Below are positions 12,869-25,152 of a DNA stretch of 64,000 bases, piece by piece (the stretch's first letter is position 1; the number at the start of each line of letters is the position of its first letter). Under the pieces are notes generated by a model. That model searched no databases. It worked only from the letters and a program-made list of their open reading frames with translations, and was not told the DNA's origin. The stretch is from NCBI GenBank assembly GCA_016748015.1, contig JAAOMT010000602.1:134608-198607 (forward strand), read 5' to 3'. Source of the DNA: Geosiphon pyriformis uo1. Lineage: Eukaryota; Fungi; Glomeromycota. A program made the translations under genes and the position numbers.

Positions 12869-14016
12869 TAATTCCCGAATTTCCTCAAAACTCAAAAAGC
12901 GAGTCTTTGGTTTTCTCACTACTCCTTTTAAATTTATTAAGCACTGGTACTAAAGCAGTGTCAAAAAAAACTGGTGTTTGACTAAGTGAGTTGGAATATT
13001 ACATTTTTGGTTGAGCAATTTGACTCTTTTAATTTCTAAGCAAGTTTATTATTAAAAGCATATGCTAATGAAACAATTTCTTCGTTTAAAAAAGGATCTT
13101 GGTAAAATTAAAGCCTTTTCATAAAATTGCGAACACTCAACTTAATTGGTTCGTCCATCATTATTAAATTTATATGCTTAATATACAAATCTACTTTCTT
13201 TTGTAAATCTCGATAAGAAAAAATATAAAGCACCAAAAACCAAATATAAAATTGAAAGGAGGATCTCTCTTATCAGGAAAAGTATGCCCGTTACTTTAAA
13301 CAAAATAGGTAAGAAATTGGTCAATTCCAAAAAAAAACCTTCTTTACTAAATTTATACCATAAGTAAAATTAAAATGGTTCAATTTTTCAGCCATTATAA
13401 AATTACTGCTTTGATTTAGCCCAAGAAGCCATTTCTAGTTAGATGAATCTCTAAATTTTGTAAAGTTAAAAATTTTTATACATGTATCAGGGCTTATAGC
13501 AGTATTACCTATTTCCTGGATTAAATTCACATGAAATTTTCTTTTTTCAGAAGAATCTTGTATCTTTAACTTGAAAATTTCCCCTTTTTCTTTACAAAAT
13601 TAAAATTCAATAAATAGAATAAAATAAAAGTTTAAAAATTTATTTAATTAGCTTTTAAATACCGTTTTTTATGACCTATTTTACTGGTGTATTTTATTTT
13701 CAGTTTTTTACATAGGTTTATGCTACTTTTTTCCTCTCAAACTTTTTCTCCCATAATTTGAAAAGTGTGCTAGAAAAGATCAAACATCTTGCTACTAATA
13801 TTTATTTTGAAGTATATATAAAGATTTATTACTAAAAGGCATATATATTATGCCCATTTTTTTATATTATCATGTCATATATGATTAAATTTTTGGAAAA
13901 ATGTAATTAATGCAATAGAAATTGAAATGCAAAATGAAATGAATTCGATGCAAAATTATGAAGTTAAAAAGATAAAATATCCGAAACAATAATATACAAA
14001 CGTTTACAATAAAAAA

Positions 14017-14667
14017 TTAACGCTTAATTGAATCATAAATTGACTTGCCAACAGCCCATCCTAGACCCATTAAAAGAGCAGAAAATAGAATCCATTCAAC
14101 CAAGTTCGCTGGCAAAATCTCATAGCATCCTGTAGGCTCTTCATCTGTGTCAACAAGCAAGTTATCTCCATCTTCCTGATCCGTAAAAGTTGACCGAGAC
14201 CCAACCGAATCATCTATGTTTATAGAAATATCATGGCTATGGTTGTTTGATTTAATTCTAGCAACAGCAGGTTTAGAAATTGAATTCTTTTCAATATGAT
14301 AATTTTCGATTGCTAAATCTAAATCTAAATAGCGTGCGTTTCTCCTTAATATCTTTCGCTTTCCATAATTTTTTTTCAAGAATTGTTCGACAAAAAATCG
14401 TAAAGGATCTAATAACTGTTTTGCCTCCTCTCTGTATGATTTCACTTCATCAGGTGTATTAGGTGAAAAACGGAATCTAACTCGATGAGAGTGTAAAAGG
14501 TTTGGTACGGTTTTTTTAAATGCTTCAAGAATTTCTTCGATACGAAATGCGTTGTTTGGTTTGATGATTATGGAGATTAGAATTGATTCAGGAGAGTCTG
14601 AATCTTTTGGTTCTAGCTCGACTTCACAGTTGAGTTGTTGGCTAAGAAAACTCGCTTCTTTTTCCAT
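14017..14667 (-). CDS. Hypothetical protein (216 aa), likely tail-anchored membrane protein
   Basis: Single-exon ORF with one hydrophobic helix (WILFSALLMGLGWAVG) just before a short basic C-terminus. Confidence 0.65.
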   Translation of the reverse strand: MEKEASFLSQQLNCEVELEPKDSDSPESILISIIIKPNNAFRIEEILEAFKKTVPNLLHSHRVRFRFSPNTPDEVKSYREEAKQLLDPLRFFVEQFLKKNYGKRKILRRNARYLDLDLAIENYHIEKNSISKPAVARIKSNNHSHDISINIDDSVGSRSTFTDQEDGDNLLVDTDEEPTGCYEILPANLVEWILFSALLMGLGWAVGKSIYDSIKR

Positions 14668-16082
14668 TTAGTAAGGAGTTCAACTGTTATATTGGCTTCG
14701 TAATAAATTTTTTCGAAGTTAAAACTGAAAAGACTTGAATTTTTTTTTTCGAAATCAAATGTATTCATTTAAACCTTTTATGAGATGAAGAGTATAGAAA
14801 AATTGCTAATCTGGAAAGTCTATGTTCGAACCCTTATAAAGAAAAATAGAGTTCAAACCAAATACCAAAAATCTTTTATTGTCTCATTTGCACTTTCCAA
14901 TTTAACAACATTGGACCTATAATTGGGTAGAAGAAAAACTTTTTATACCAATTTTCTTATACACTTTGAGTACCCGTCATTGTGATCTAAAAAGGCATGA
15001 ACTGCATTGCCTTGCACTACCTCACTTTTTTTTTGATAATTTAATTGCCGTTCCTCACTCTTTTTTGATAATTTAATTACCGTTTTAGGATAACAGGATT
15101 GACATCAGTGAATTTAAAAAAATTGGGAGGGAAACCTGTAATCAATTAGATCATTAATATCGAGGAACTGACACGTTTTACGAAAAATCAATCAATTAAA
15201 ACTAATTAATCAAAAATTCCGTAAATAATTATTCGCAATTAAATAGAGTGGTGTATGAAATTAAAGAATCTTTCGTATTCTTATTACTCATCAATTGAGA
15301 GCTCATTATTTAAAAATCTCAATTAAAAATATAGCCGAGGATCTGTGATTTGGTATTTTAATTCTGAAAAGCTTTGCTTGGAGCATTATTTTACAAAAAA
15401 TTGTGACTACGTTTTAATAAGGTTTTCCACATTTTAAAAATCGTTGAATTTGGAAAAGTACTATTTAGCTTCAATTCTCATCCAACTGATTATAAAAAAG
15501 AATTGAAGACTGATCAAACGAATTTTACATTGGATATTAACTTAAAATATTCTTTTTAGCTTTTAATTAATGATAAAATATTTTTACGTGAATCTTTAAA
15601 AACGTCATTTTAAAACTATTGCAACGGACAAGATCAATTTCTCATGCCATTTAACCTTTTTTTATAAAAATTCACTTTCACTTTTTTTTTAAAGAAAAAG
15701 TGAAAACAAGCCATTTTTTAAATTCCAAATGACGTTATAACTTCTGCTTACCTCTATCTCTTGTACTAATTCCTCAGTAATTGAATGGTGAGCAGTGATT
15801 ATCTGTTCATTTTTGCAAAGTATAGACTCTTTTTCACATTTACTCTAATAAAATATTAAAATTTTAACACATATGTTACATGAAGTGATCTTTAATCAAA
15901 AATGAAGTCGTATAATCTATTTGTAATAAAATGAATTTATATATTTTTACCAATAATCAAAGAAAAAATCTTTTTAAAAAGAAACAGTTTATTAATTTTC
16001 CTTGTTTTCGTAAAACCAATAAAAATTATTATTTATTTCCATGATGAAATATTTTTTTGACCATTTAAATCAGATATAAATA

Positions 16083-16086
<4 letters not shown>

Positions 16087-16145
<59 letters not shown>
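16087..16145. repeat. (AAT)n microsatellite
   Basis: Direct reading. Confidence 0.95.
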
Positions 16146-16146
<1 letters not shown>

Positions 16147-17544
16147 AGAAAATAGTAACCAATATTTTTTATTGTTGACATAATTTTAAATTTTAATAAA
16201 AATATATTCAAAAATATTAAATTAATTTTCATATTATGCATATATTTTTTAATTAATCGAAATGCAATATTTTTATAAAGAATTAAAGATTATAATAACA
16301 AAAGTTTTTCAATATATATATATAATTAAATTGATTTGGTTTAAAATAATAAAAGATTGATTGGTTGAAAATAAATAAATAAAATAAAAAAATTTTAAAA
16401 AATAGATATATTGACTTTTCATAATATAAAATTAGTTAAATAATTTAATTTTTTTTTAAAAAAAATATTCAATTATTTTTAATATATTAAAACATGATTA
16501 ATCATTCATTAGTTTTCTTTAAAATGAAAAAAAAAATGAAAAAATTTTAAAAAATTAAGACATGATCAGATTTGCTTGATTATTTAATTCATTAAATTTT
16601 TATGATTTTTGCGTAAACATCAAATTAATTATGTTAATTTCTTTATTATCTTTATACTCCTTTGTCATTTTTTATTAAAGTAAAGAAAAGACATCTTTTG
16701 GTTTAATATTCGTATTTATCCTATCAAAAAATATATATTTATATACGAAAAGAACTAACAAGATTAAACTAACAAAGTATAGGTGAATTCTGCATAAGAT
16801 TATTTTTCTATTACCTATTTTTGACATTTTATACAAGAGTCAAAATATTTGTAACATTAATGTTTCATCAACAAACAGAAATAAATACGGCAATAATTAT
16901 AATTAATAAAAAATTATATTATTAAAGATACAATCAAATGAAACTAATTAATTCATTCAATAAAGATGGTCAGCCGAAATCCGAGATTGGTTTTCGATTA
17001 TGACAATTGTGTTTATATGAAAATTTTATTTTTTACCATTAAGCAAACATGTTACAATTTTAGTCATAAAAAACTTATTAAAAAAATAATTTTTTCAAAG
17101 ACAAATCATTAAAATCAATATCTACTGATAACTGTTTAAATTGTACATTTTCATATTGATATTTAGATAGGAAACTGAGAAACATCTTTTCTTGCTCCCA
17201 CTAAAAAATCAAAAGTGCTTTTTTTTTAAGATAAAATATGATTCTTATTGATAAGAGAGCATGACTTTACTTTATGCTTAGAGAAATATAATTTTCATTT
17301 TATGATTGAAGTTTCGGATTAAGTACTTCATAAAATTTTATATTAAATAAAAATTTTGGTGCCAAATTAATTATTTTCCATTTAAATAAAAGTTTTATAG
17401 GGAAGAGGGATAACAAAAATTTTTGAAATTAATTAAAATTTCCCGGTTTAGAAAATATCTGCCTTTTTAATAACGTTCCCAAAGATTATTAATTTTATTT
17501 GGGAAAACATTTTCCGCGTCATGTTTCATTGAACTAATAATAAC

Positions 17545-17546
<2 letters not shown>

Positions 17547-17592
<46 letters not shown>
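17547..17592. repeat. (AAT)n microsatellite
   Basis: Direct reading. Confidence 0.9.
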
Positions 17593-18082
17593 TCTATCAC
17601 CCCATTGACGATTGACCCATACTTGTTAAAAGAAACATGAATTTTTCTAAAATTAAAAACTATTTTCCCAGGTAAAAGCATAAGCATTTGATTTCATTGT
17701 CATTCATAATGGTTCAAATTTTTAGTAATTTAACCCTTTTTCAAGGCCTTTGCACCTATAAATAGCAAAATTATTATTATTATTATTATTGTAGACATCG
17801 GGAATACAATCACTCTTTTAAACGGTGATTAGGGTATGATTCGCTATTTTCCGACTTGTTCTGCTGTTTGAAGATCTCTTGGTAAATAGAGATACACAAT
17901 GTATAATACGTGCGTTGCATAATCATAGAAGCGTGTGTGGTAGGCATTTAAAAAGCTCGGAGATGCAACAGCATATTTTTTTATTTAAGTCTTTCAGATT
18001 CTAAAAATATTCCAACTTTTAAATTTTGAAATAAAACCTTAAATTTTTCAAGCTCGTTATTAAAATTGTTCACAATTCAAAC

Positions 18083-19393
18083 ATGTGCCCATTCATTTGC
18101 CGACAAGATCCAATGGAAAGCCTCAAAGAAACTGACTTGACCGATAAAGTTATCATAATAACAGGAGCCAGTGATGGTATTAATCAGCTCAAAAAGGCTT
18201 CTTTACTCATTTCAAAGTACCCAAACTTCCATTCTTATATTTTCTATCTAATAAGGCATCGGAAAAACCTTAGCAAGATACATATCAACCTACAATCCCA
18301 AACGACTCATACTTCCAGTTCGAGATCGAGCAAAGGGTGAACTCGCATTAGAATATATCACCCGAAAAACTGGAACAGAAATTGCAGAGTGCTGGGATAT
18401 GGATTTAGCAGATTTAGAAAGCGTGAGAAAATTTGCAAGGAAAATTGTTGATGAGATTGGAGAGGTACATGTGTTGATAAATAATGCTGGTGAGTTTAAC
18501 CTTAAAATTTTGTTAAAAATATATATAATTTGATTATGAGATTCAAAATTTATTGAAAATGAAAATTTTCTCAAACTTATCTTCCAAAGGATTTGCATCG
18601 GATGAGATTATAAAAACAAAAGATGAGTTTGAAACTCATTTCCAGGTAGAGAATCTAAATTTAAATATTTCTTGATTCTCAAAATTATCTTCAATATTCT
18701 GATAATTTTTTTTTAAGGTCAACTATCTCAGTCACTTTCTCCTCACAAACCTCCTGCTACATACAATGAAAAAAGCCGGAACTCCACAATTTCCTTCTCG
18801 CATTATTCATATTACTTCAAGTCTACATCGATTTGGACATATTGACTTTGATAATTTACAAGCGAACACCACGAATTCAATTTTCGAAATGTATTGTAAT
18901 ACAAAACTGATGGTATGGTGGTAAATTACTTTCAATAGAGACCTGCATTCGATTTGATATGATTTTGACTGATTTTCTTTTGAAATAGGTTACATTGTTT
19001 AGCAAAGAACTTAATTGTCGGTTAGCTGGAACAAGTATGAAAAAATTGTAATTGCCCACATTTCAAATATTTTTAACATAATACATTTTATTAAGATCTT
19101 TTTGTTTTTTTTTAGACTTAGTTTCTTTTGCAATCTGCCCAGGTTTCACCCCAACCAAAATGGGTCACTTCAAAGGTTGGAAGAAAATGATTAAAAAAAT
19201 GATGTCTAAATTTGGCTATAATCGAATTGCAGCATTTCGAGTTTTGAATCCTACTTTCAATTCCCCGGATTTACGAAGAGTTGGAGGAAAGTATTTTAGC
19301 AAGGGAAGACTGGCAAAACCAAATAAGATTTCTGATGATTTTGAATTTCGATTGGAACTTTGGGAAGTTTCTGAACGAATGTTGATTGCTTGA
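18083..19393 (+). CDS. Short-chain dehydrogenase/reductase (retinol dehydrogenase/WWOX-like), ~6 exons
   Basis: Spliced translation gives ITGASDGIG (TGxxxGxG; intron 18177-18255), DLADLESVRKFA, LINNAG, FQVNYLSHFLLT, catalytic YCNTK, CPGFTPT and GKYF..LWEVSE. Confidence 0.9.
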
Positions 19394-20977
19394 AGAATCA
19401 ATTTTTGGCCTGATTTGAAAACTTGTCAACTTTTGTTGAATTAGCGTTTAGAAATGATTGTCTTGAAAATAATAATGTAAATATAATTGTAGAATAACTA
19501 AAAACATTAGATTCTATAGATTAGTTTTTTTATAGAACTTGTAACGCGATTTAAAAAGCTAAAAATTTCCAAATTCTAAGATTCTTTACAGAACTTTTTT
19601 AATTTTGTTCTTGAGGTAGCTACATTAATTGAATTAGGAGAAAAGCTAAAGGATCCAATAATTTAGGTATACCTTTTACAGAAGTAGTAGTTAGCAAATT
19701 ATTTCTGACGCTAAAGATTAACCTCATTGCTAAAGGACTAGTGATTTGGATTTTAACTTCTAGTCTCCAAGTCTATAAAGGAAAGGTTAGCAAGCATTGA
19801 AAAGCATACGTGTACAATTCTATATTCTCATGGAAAAATTATAAAACAAAAAGACCGATATTGTATGACAATCGATAATGGAATCTCTTTCCCCCCCCCC
19901 CCAAATCTAACATGTGATAATGTGGCCATTTCTGACTATTCTTAGCAAAGTGAGAAAAAGAGTTAAATCCCTTTGATTTAAAACACCCGTTCTAAAGTTT
20001 GAAGAGTCTCTATCATGATTGCTCTAACCTAAAATTTAGTGACAAGTTTTAAGCTACTGCCTCAAAAGTGATCGTTTCCTCGAAAGGGGCTACCAGCGAG
20101 ATTAAATTCTGATTTATAACGTTTATGAAAACTCCCATGCCGCATTTTTTTTTGAGATAAGTTTTTCCATGACAAAAGTTATTTCAATCAGCATTACACA
20201 ACAGTTTCATTATGTGCATGCAAACAAACCAGATAAATGACCTTTAAATAATGAGGTTTAATTTTAATTAATTAACCTTTGAAAGGATATGAGTTGCTGT
20301 GAAACCTTTTACATTTACATTAGCAAATGATTATCTCTGAGTAATTGAAAATTAACGTTTTAGGCTCGTTTGAATGGAAATATTTGAGTAAATAACCAAA
20401 TATATGAAGTAATATTTATTTAAGTATATATTACTAGTATTTACCGAATTCAAAGGGTAATTTTTGTATCTTTGTGTTTTTTAATTTTATGATGCAATGA
20501 AATTTATAGTCTTTAAATTCCCCCAAACTTCAGAATGTAAAAGATTAAAATAAAACTGTTTGTTTATTTCTTGATCTATGACCAATCATGGAAATATTTT
20601 TTGATTAAATTTAGCCTTAACCTAATTCAGATATACTATTGAAATTTTGTATAATATACCTTATTTAGAATATATTCAAATATTTGTCCTTTACCTTCAA
20701 AATTTTTGGTTACGACGAAAGTAATCAATGTTATCGAGTAACAGCAATACCTTATTTTTCCTTGATAAGAGATACTCAGATGACAAATGTTCAAACCACT
20801 TTTTAGTCTCTAACCTTGTCCAAAAGTACCAATAATGATCGGAAATCTTGAAAGTTAAGCTTCCATGAATTTCTCTGCTTGCGTAACTGAGGAGATGTGC
20901 GTGGCCCGATCTTTATTCGATTATTAATCAGGTATCAATAAGAAACTAACACAATCAGCCTTATACAAGACTAACTG

Positions 20978-21009
20978 TTAATGGTAACTTGTAAACAAGT
21001 TACCATTAA
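20978..21009. repeat. Perfect 15-bp inverted repeat with 2-nt spacer
   Basis: ttaatggtaacttgt-aa-acaagttaccattaa, ~250 bp upstream of the secreted-protein gene. Confidence 0.85.
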
Positions 21010-21255
21010 GTGACGATAATTCAAATCTCGACTGCAAAAGTACCGATTTATCTAGTGTTGGCGTGGGAATATTAAGTGAAATCTTGGCTGGCCGTAATTT
21101 ACCCTTTGGGTCTCAAAATGTTTTGCTGTAAACAGTGCACAATGGAAGCGTAGTTTTTTTTTAACTTACTTCGTGGAGGAACTTGGATTCATAAATACAG
21201 CAGGTCGACAACTTAGTCAACTAGGAAAAAACCATTTCAACCTCTGTTTATCAAT

Positions 21256-22080
21256 ATGGCTCGTAGCAATATTTTTCTATTGACTCTCTTCACCGCCATC
21301 TTGGCTGTTCTCTTCACGTCTACCCGAGCTTTGCCTCACTATACCAATCTTTCAAATTTATTTTCTGGGAAAAAGCCATCCGCCAAAGTATTTCTTGAAG
21401 CTCTCTCTGTTCACTTGGGCGATAATTCAGCTTCAATCAATGTTAATAATCACGAGAGCCTTTGGGAAAAATTTATCGACAGCTTGAATGATTCCCCAGT
21501 TGATATTCTAGTTGAAGATAAAAAGGTAAAGAGAGAATACGAAATTGAAGCGCTGCCATCCAAAAAACACTACAAAATCACTGTTGAGCGTCTAGAGGAT
21601 AAAGAATATGGTCGAGCCTACCAACTCACCACTGAACACCTTAATAGTGATCATAAACCGTGGTCCTATGTAATTGTTGTCCCGTTTGAAAAAGATGGGG
21701 GCGAAGCTGCCGAATTTTTCGATCTTCTTTCCGATGAACAAAAAGAATCCAAGGAAAATGTCGACTTTGATTTTCCAGAATTGACCAAAGAAATTGAGAA
21801 TAAATTTTTTGAAGCCATTCAAGAATTGGACTTGTTTGAGATTGAAACGGTTTCCAACGAGAAACGAAGCCTCTTTGGTGGGGGCCATCACCATAAAAAA
21901 GAATTCAGATTTGCCGTTCTGCCTGCTTACAAAATCTATAAGCTTATTGTTCAACGGCTGCCACCCAATATACATGGGCGTGTCTTCAAGCTCAATGTAA
22001 TTCCCGAGGATGAAGAAGAAAAAGAGAGAGAATATACATTTATTGTTCCTTTCAACCAAAAGGATTGTGTTAGAGATTAA
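21256..22080 (+). CDS. Predicted secreted protein (274 aa) with two copies of the same module as 11638-12495
   Basis: Signal peptide (..AILAVLFTSTRA-LP). Repeats: LPSKKHYKITVER..YGRAY..IVVPF and LPAYKIYKLIVQR..HGRVF..FIVPF. Confidence 0.85.
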   Translation: MARSNIFLLTLFTAILAVLFTSTRALPHYTNLSNLFSGKKPSAKVFLEALSVHLGDNSASINVNNHESLWEKFIDSLNDSPVDILVEDKKVKREYEIEALPSKKHYKITVERLEDKEYGRAYQLTTEHLNSDHKPWSYVIVVPFEKDGGEAAEFFDLLSDEQKESKENVDFDFPELTKEIENKFFEAIQELDLFEIETVSNEKRSLFGGGHHHKKEFRFAVLPAYKIYKLIVQRLPPNIHGRVFKLNVIPEDEEEKEREYTFIVPFNQKDCVRD

Positions 22081-22659
22081 GTGAAATGATTATCGGGTTC
22101 ATTATAGGGTTTCAATTTGGCTAAAAATAATTAGATGACGAATGTAACTTTTATTAATATATACAAAGAAACCACGAATTTTGAAATTGTATTTTTTTAT
22201 CAATAGACCGGATTAAAGAATTCCTCTGATCTTTGCTTTCATCCTATCAAATAAAGTGATGAATTTCCCATTTGGGCTGAAACTAAATCGGTCCGTGATC
22301 TCAAAAAAGGCCTTCACATATCATTAAAGGTCTTGGTTTACCTTATAGTAAATTATTCTTTCAAAAATTAAAAGAATGTTGTACTTTCGCCCAACCCTAT
22401 AAAATTTATTTCGGGTTACCTTCTTCAGCTTGCATATCAATAAGGTTCTTAAAAAATAAAAGTTCAATTGCAGAATGATAAAAAAATCAAATTTTCTTTA
22501 ATTTGATATAATGTTTGCACAAAAAACCAAAGGATAATCTGATTATAAAGTGATGGCTTTAGAACTTGACCTTAATTTAAAACTCAATTTTTAAAAACAA
22601 CGAATAACAGTACTTCGAATAATACATATTGCAGGAATTAGCAAGTTCGTTTTCAAAAA

Positions 22660-24105
22660 CTATAACGGTCTTCTTGTAAAATTCTTCAAACGAAATCTAC
22701 CGAATTGTGTGAGCGATGCTGCCATATACACTTCAGCAGGCAATTCAGAAAAGCTTTGTAGAGCCAAGACATTATTTATTGAAAAGTGACACACCCTGGC
22801 CTTCATATTAAGATAAAATGTAATCTCGTCACCCTTGGCGAATTCTTTATAGGTTTCGCTACTTATTTTTCCATTGTTGAATGTGGTTCTTCCTGACTCT
22901 CCTATCATCCAACAATTTTTTTGAAAATCCAATAAAGTTTCAAAATCCAAATTTTCAAGTCCACAAACACCAACGGAACCCCAAAAGCATTTTTCTTCGA
23001 TTAAAACATTCCATTCATAGAGATAGTCTCCCGAAAAGAAATTAATTGTACGGATAGATTTATGGGCAGATATGCTGAGGTTTTTAGCTGTTACAACCTT
23101 ATTTGACTCTGTTATGGAAAGGCCAGCTCCACACGCTGTAGTATCCCAGATAAAATTCAAAGTTTCGTGAGGCTCACCACGTTGAAATTTGGGGTTACTC
23201 TCATCAAGCAAATGATATTGATAAACTTTCAGAAGAAAATTCACAGGAAGAACGTTCAGTGGTTGAATTATCACACCCAAAGCTTTTAAAGGTATCATTC
23301 GAAAGTCAATCAAATAAATCAAAGGAAGAATTATTTTGGCTACTTTGGTTGCATTTTGTTGCGTCCGAGATTCATTTTGATAGTCAATTTGTTGCATTTT
23401 GGGAAGACTTTTTAAAAAATCTATGGATGAATCAAACGTAGGTAAAACCTTTGAAAATGCAGATAAAGTTTCTTCCGATATTTGATTTGCTGCCCACAAG
23501 ATTATATAGCGTAGAATATCATACTCATTCGTAGCAAAGTATTGGTCGGTATTCAAAGTTGTAGTGAGAATTTTTTTTAACATCTCGAGATTCATTTTAT
23601 TGAATGGGAACGAATCAAGGGGTTTAGCGACAAGATGATTGCTAAGTAATGTATACAGCTGATTATCTTCCATTGTTCCCATTTTTGTGATTGCATTTGA
23701 CAAAAAATCCCCGCTGGAGTCATTTTTCAAGCATTCCTCGACAAATGTAATAATAAGAGCTTCTAAATCTGGTAAAAGAAAATACTTGGCAGCATGATAA
23801 CCATCAATTGCAGTAGACGCTGTAATTGAACCTTTATCCAAACCACCCGTGTAAATAAATTCGAGGACAAGTTTCATACCCGCAGTAGAAATTTCAGGAA
23901 AAGTGATGGAATTGCCAAAAATCTCGTGCATTCCATTGAAAAGAAGTCTATCAAAAACTTCAGAACGAGCCGCCAAATGAATCCTAGATGCATACAGAAG
24001 TTCGCCCTCATTATCAACATCAGAGCATTTAATTTTAAGGTCACTATAACGAGAGTTGTTAACGAGAAATTTCAGGTCGACGACGAGCGAACTACCACGG
24101 GTCAT
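22660..24105 (-). CDS. BTB/POZ (+BACK-like) and C-terminal SPRY/B30.2 domain protein, 481 aa
   Basis: BTB: YSDLKIKC..HLAARSEVFDRLLFNGM..LEFIYTG..AAKYFLL. SPRY-like: FIWD..GLSITESNKVVT..YEWNVLI..VGVC..GDEITFYLNMKA..FSINN..LPAEVYMAASL. Confidence 0.9.
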   Translation of the reverse strand: MTRGSSLVVDLKFLVNNSRYSDLKIKCSDVDNEGELLYASRIHLAARSEVFDRLLFNGMHEIFGNSITFPEISTAGMKLVLEFIYTGGLDKGSITASTAIDGYHAAKYFLLPDLEALIITFVEECLKNDSSGDFLSNAITKMGTMEDNQLYTLLSNHLVAKPLDSFPFNKMNLEMLKKILTTTLNTDQYFATNEYDILRYIILWAANQISEETLSAFSKVLPTFDSSIDFLKSLPKMQQIDYQNESRTQQNATKVAKIILPLIYLIDFRMIPLKALGVIIQPLNVLPVNFLLKVYQYHLLDESNPKFQRGEPHETLNFIWDTTACGAGLSITESNKVVTAKNLSISAHKSIRTINFFSGDYLYEWNVLIEEKCFWGSVGVCGLENLDFETLLDFQKNCWMIGESGRTTFNNGKISSETYKEFAKGDEITFYLNMKARVCHFSINNVLALQSFSELPAEVYMAASLTQFGRFRLKNFTRRPL

Positions 24106-24258
24106 ATTCGATGTGAAAAGTTTAAGGGAAACCTATTGTTAATAAAAAACCATGAGAGGGCAGATATATACCTTATCCGATCAGCCTTTTTTGGATGCGC
24201 AGGCAAATCACGCGACGAATTCTTAATTATAATATTGGGGTAACTGAACAATCTAATG

Positions 24259-25152
24259 CACTAGACGGAAAAAAGTCATGAGACACTTTACATTTTGTTA
24301 TTTTGTGTCACAAAAAAATGATAAAATTTTATTTATAAATATAATTATCTATTATAATAGATTTTCAAATGTCCAAATTTAAACGAAAAGAATTGATTAC
24401 TTTTAGGCATATAAAGATTATTACTCTCTCAAAAGATGAAAAACCTGTATGTAAATATCAACGCAACTCAATTATCCTAAACCAATATACTTTCTTATTA
24501 AAAAAAAACTAATAATATTTAATCTGAAAAGTGGTATATCTTCTTTTATAAAACCATTTTCAAAAAATAATAAAAATGATCCAAAAAGTACTTTTAAAGA
24601 ATTTATTAAAACTAAACTAGCACTTTTTTACACAAGATTGGAAAAAGTTATTAAAATGATGAATTAAGATTTTTTTTTTTTTTTTTGATAAACTTCAAAG
24701 AATATGGAACAAGATTTAATAAGAAAAATTTAGTATCTACTGTAAAACATGGGTAAAAAAAGAATTATAATATGGAAATGTTTTTGTAAAACTGTATTGA
24801 GTTCTTTAGTTTTAATAGAAGGAATATTAAATCAGTTTGGATATATTAATCTATATATTGTCATGAATTCAATACAAATTTAATCATTAACATTATTTTT
24901 TTCAACAAGATTTCTAAACTTGAATGACTCAAAACCATTTTCTTAAATGGCCAGCACAATCATCTAATCTTAAGTCCAAGAAGAATGAAAAATAATTATA
25001 CTGGATATCTACACAAAATTAATTAGCAGTATGATTGAACGTATTAAAGAATGTATTGAAAAGAAAAAAGGGCCAACTGATTATTAAATATTAACTAAAA
25101 TAGAAAGTTATCCAAGAATTGATAAAGTGTCCTATGACTTTTCTGCCTAGTG
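24259..25152 (+). mobile_element. Internally deleted Tc1/mariner relic
   Basis: TIRs CACTAGACGGAAAAAAGTCATGAGACACTT / CACTAGGCAGAAAAGTCATAGGACACTT, with TA at the right end. Remnants STVKHG, KWPAQSSNL and C-terminal SMIERIKECIEKKKGPTDY*. Confidence 0.85.

Noticed and set aside
15020-15084. 33-bp tandem duplication
   Set aside because: Real, but ordinary slippage with no sign of function.
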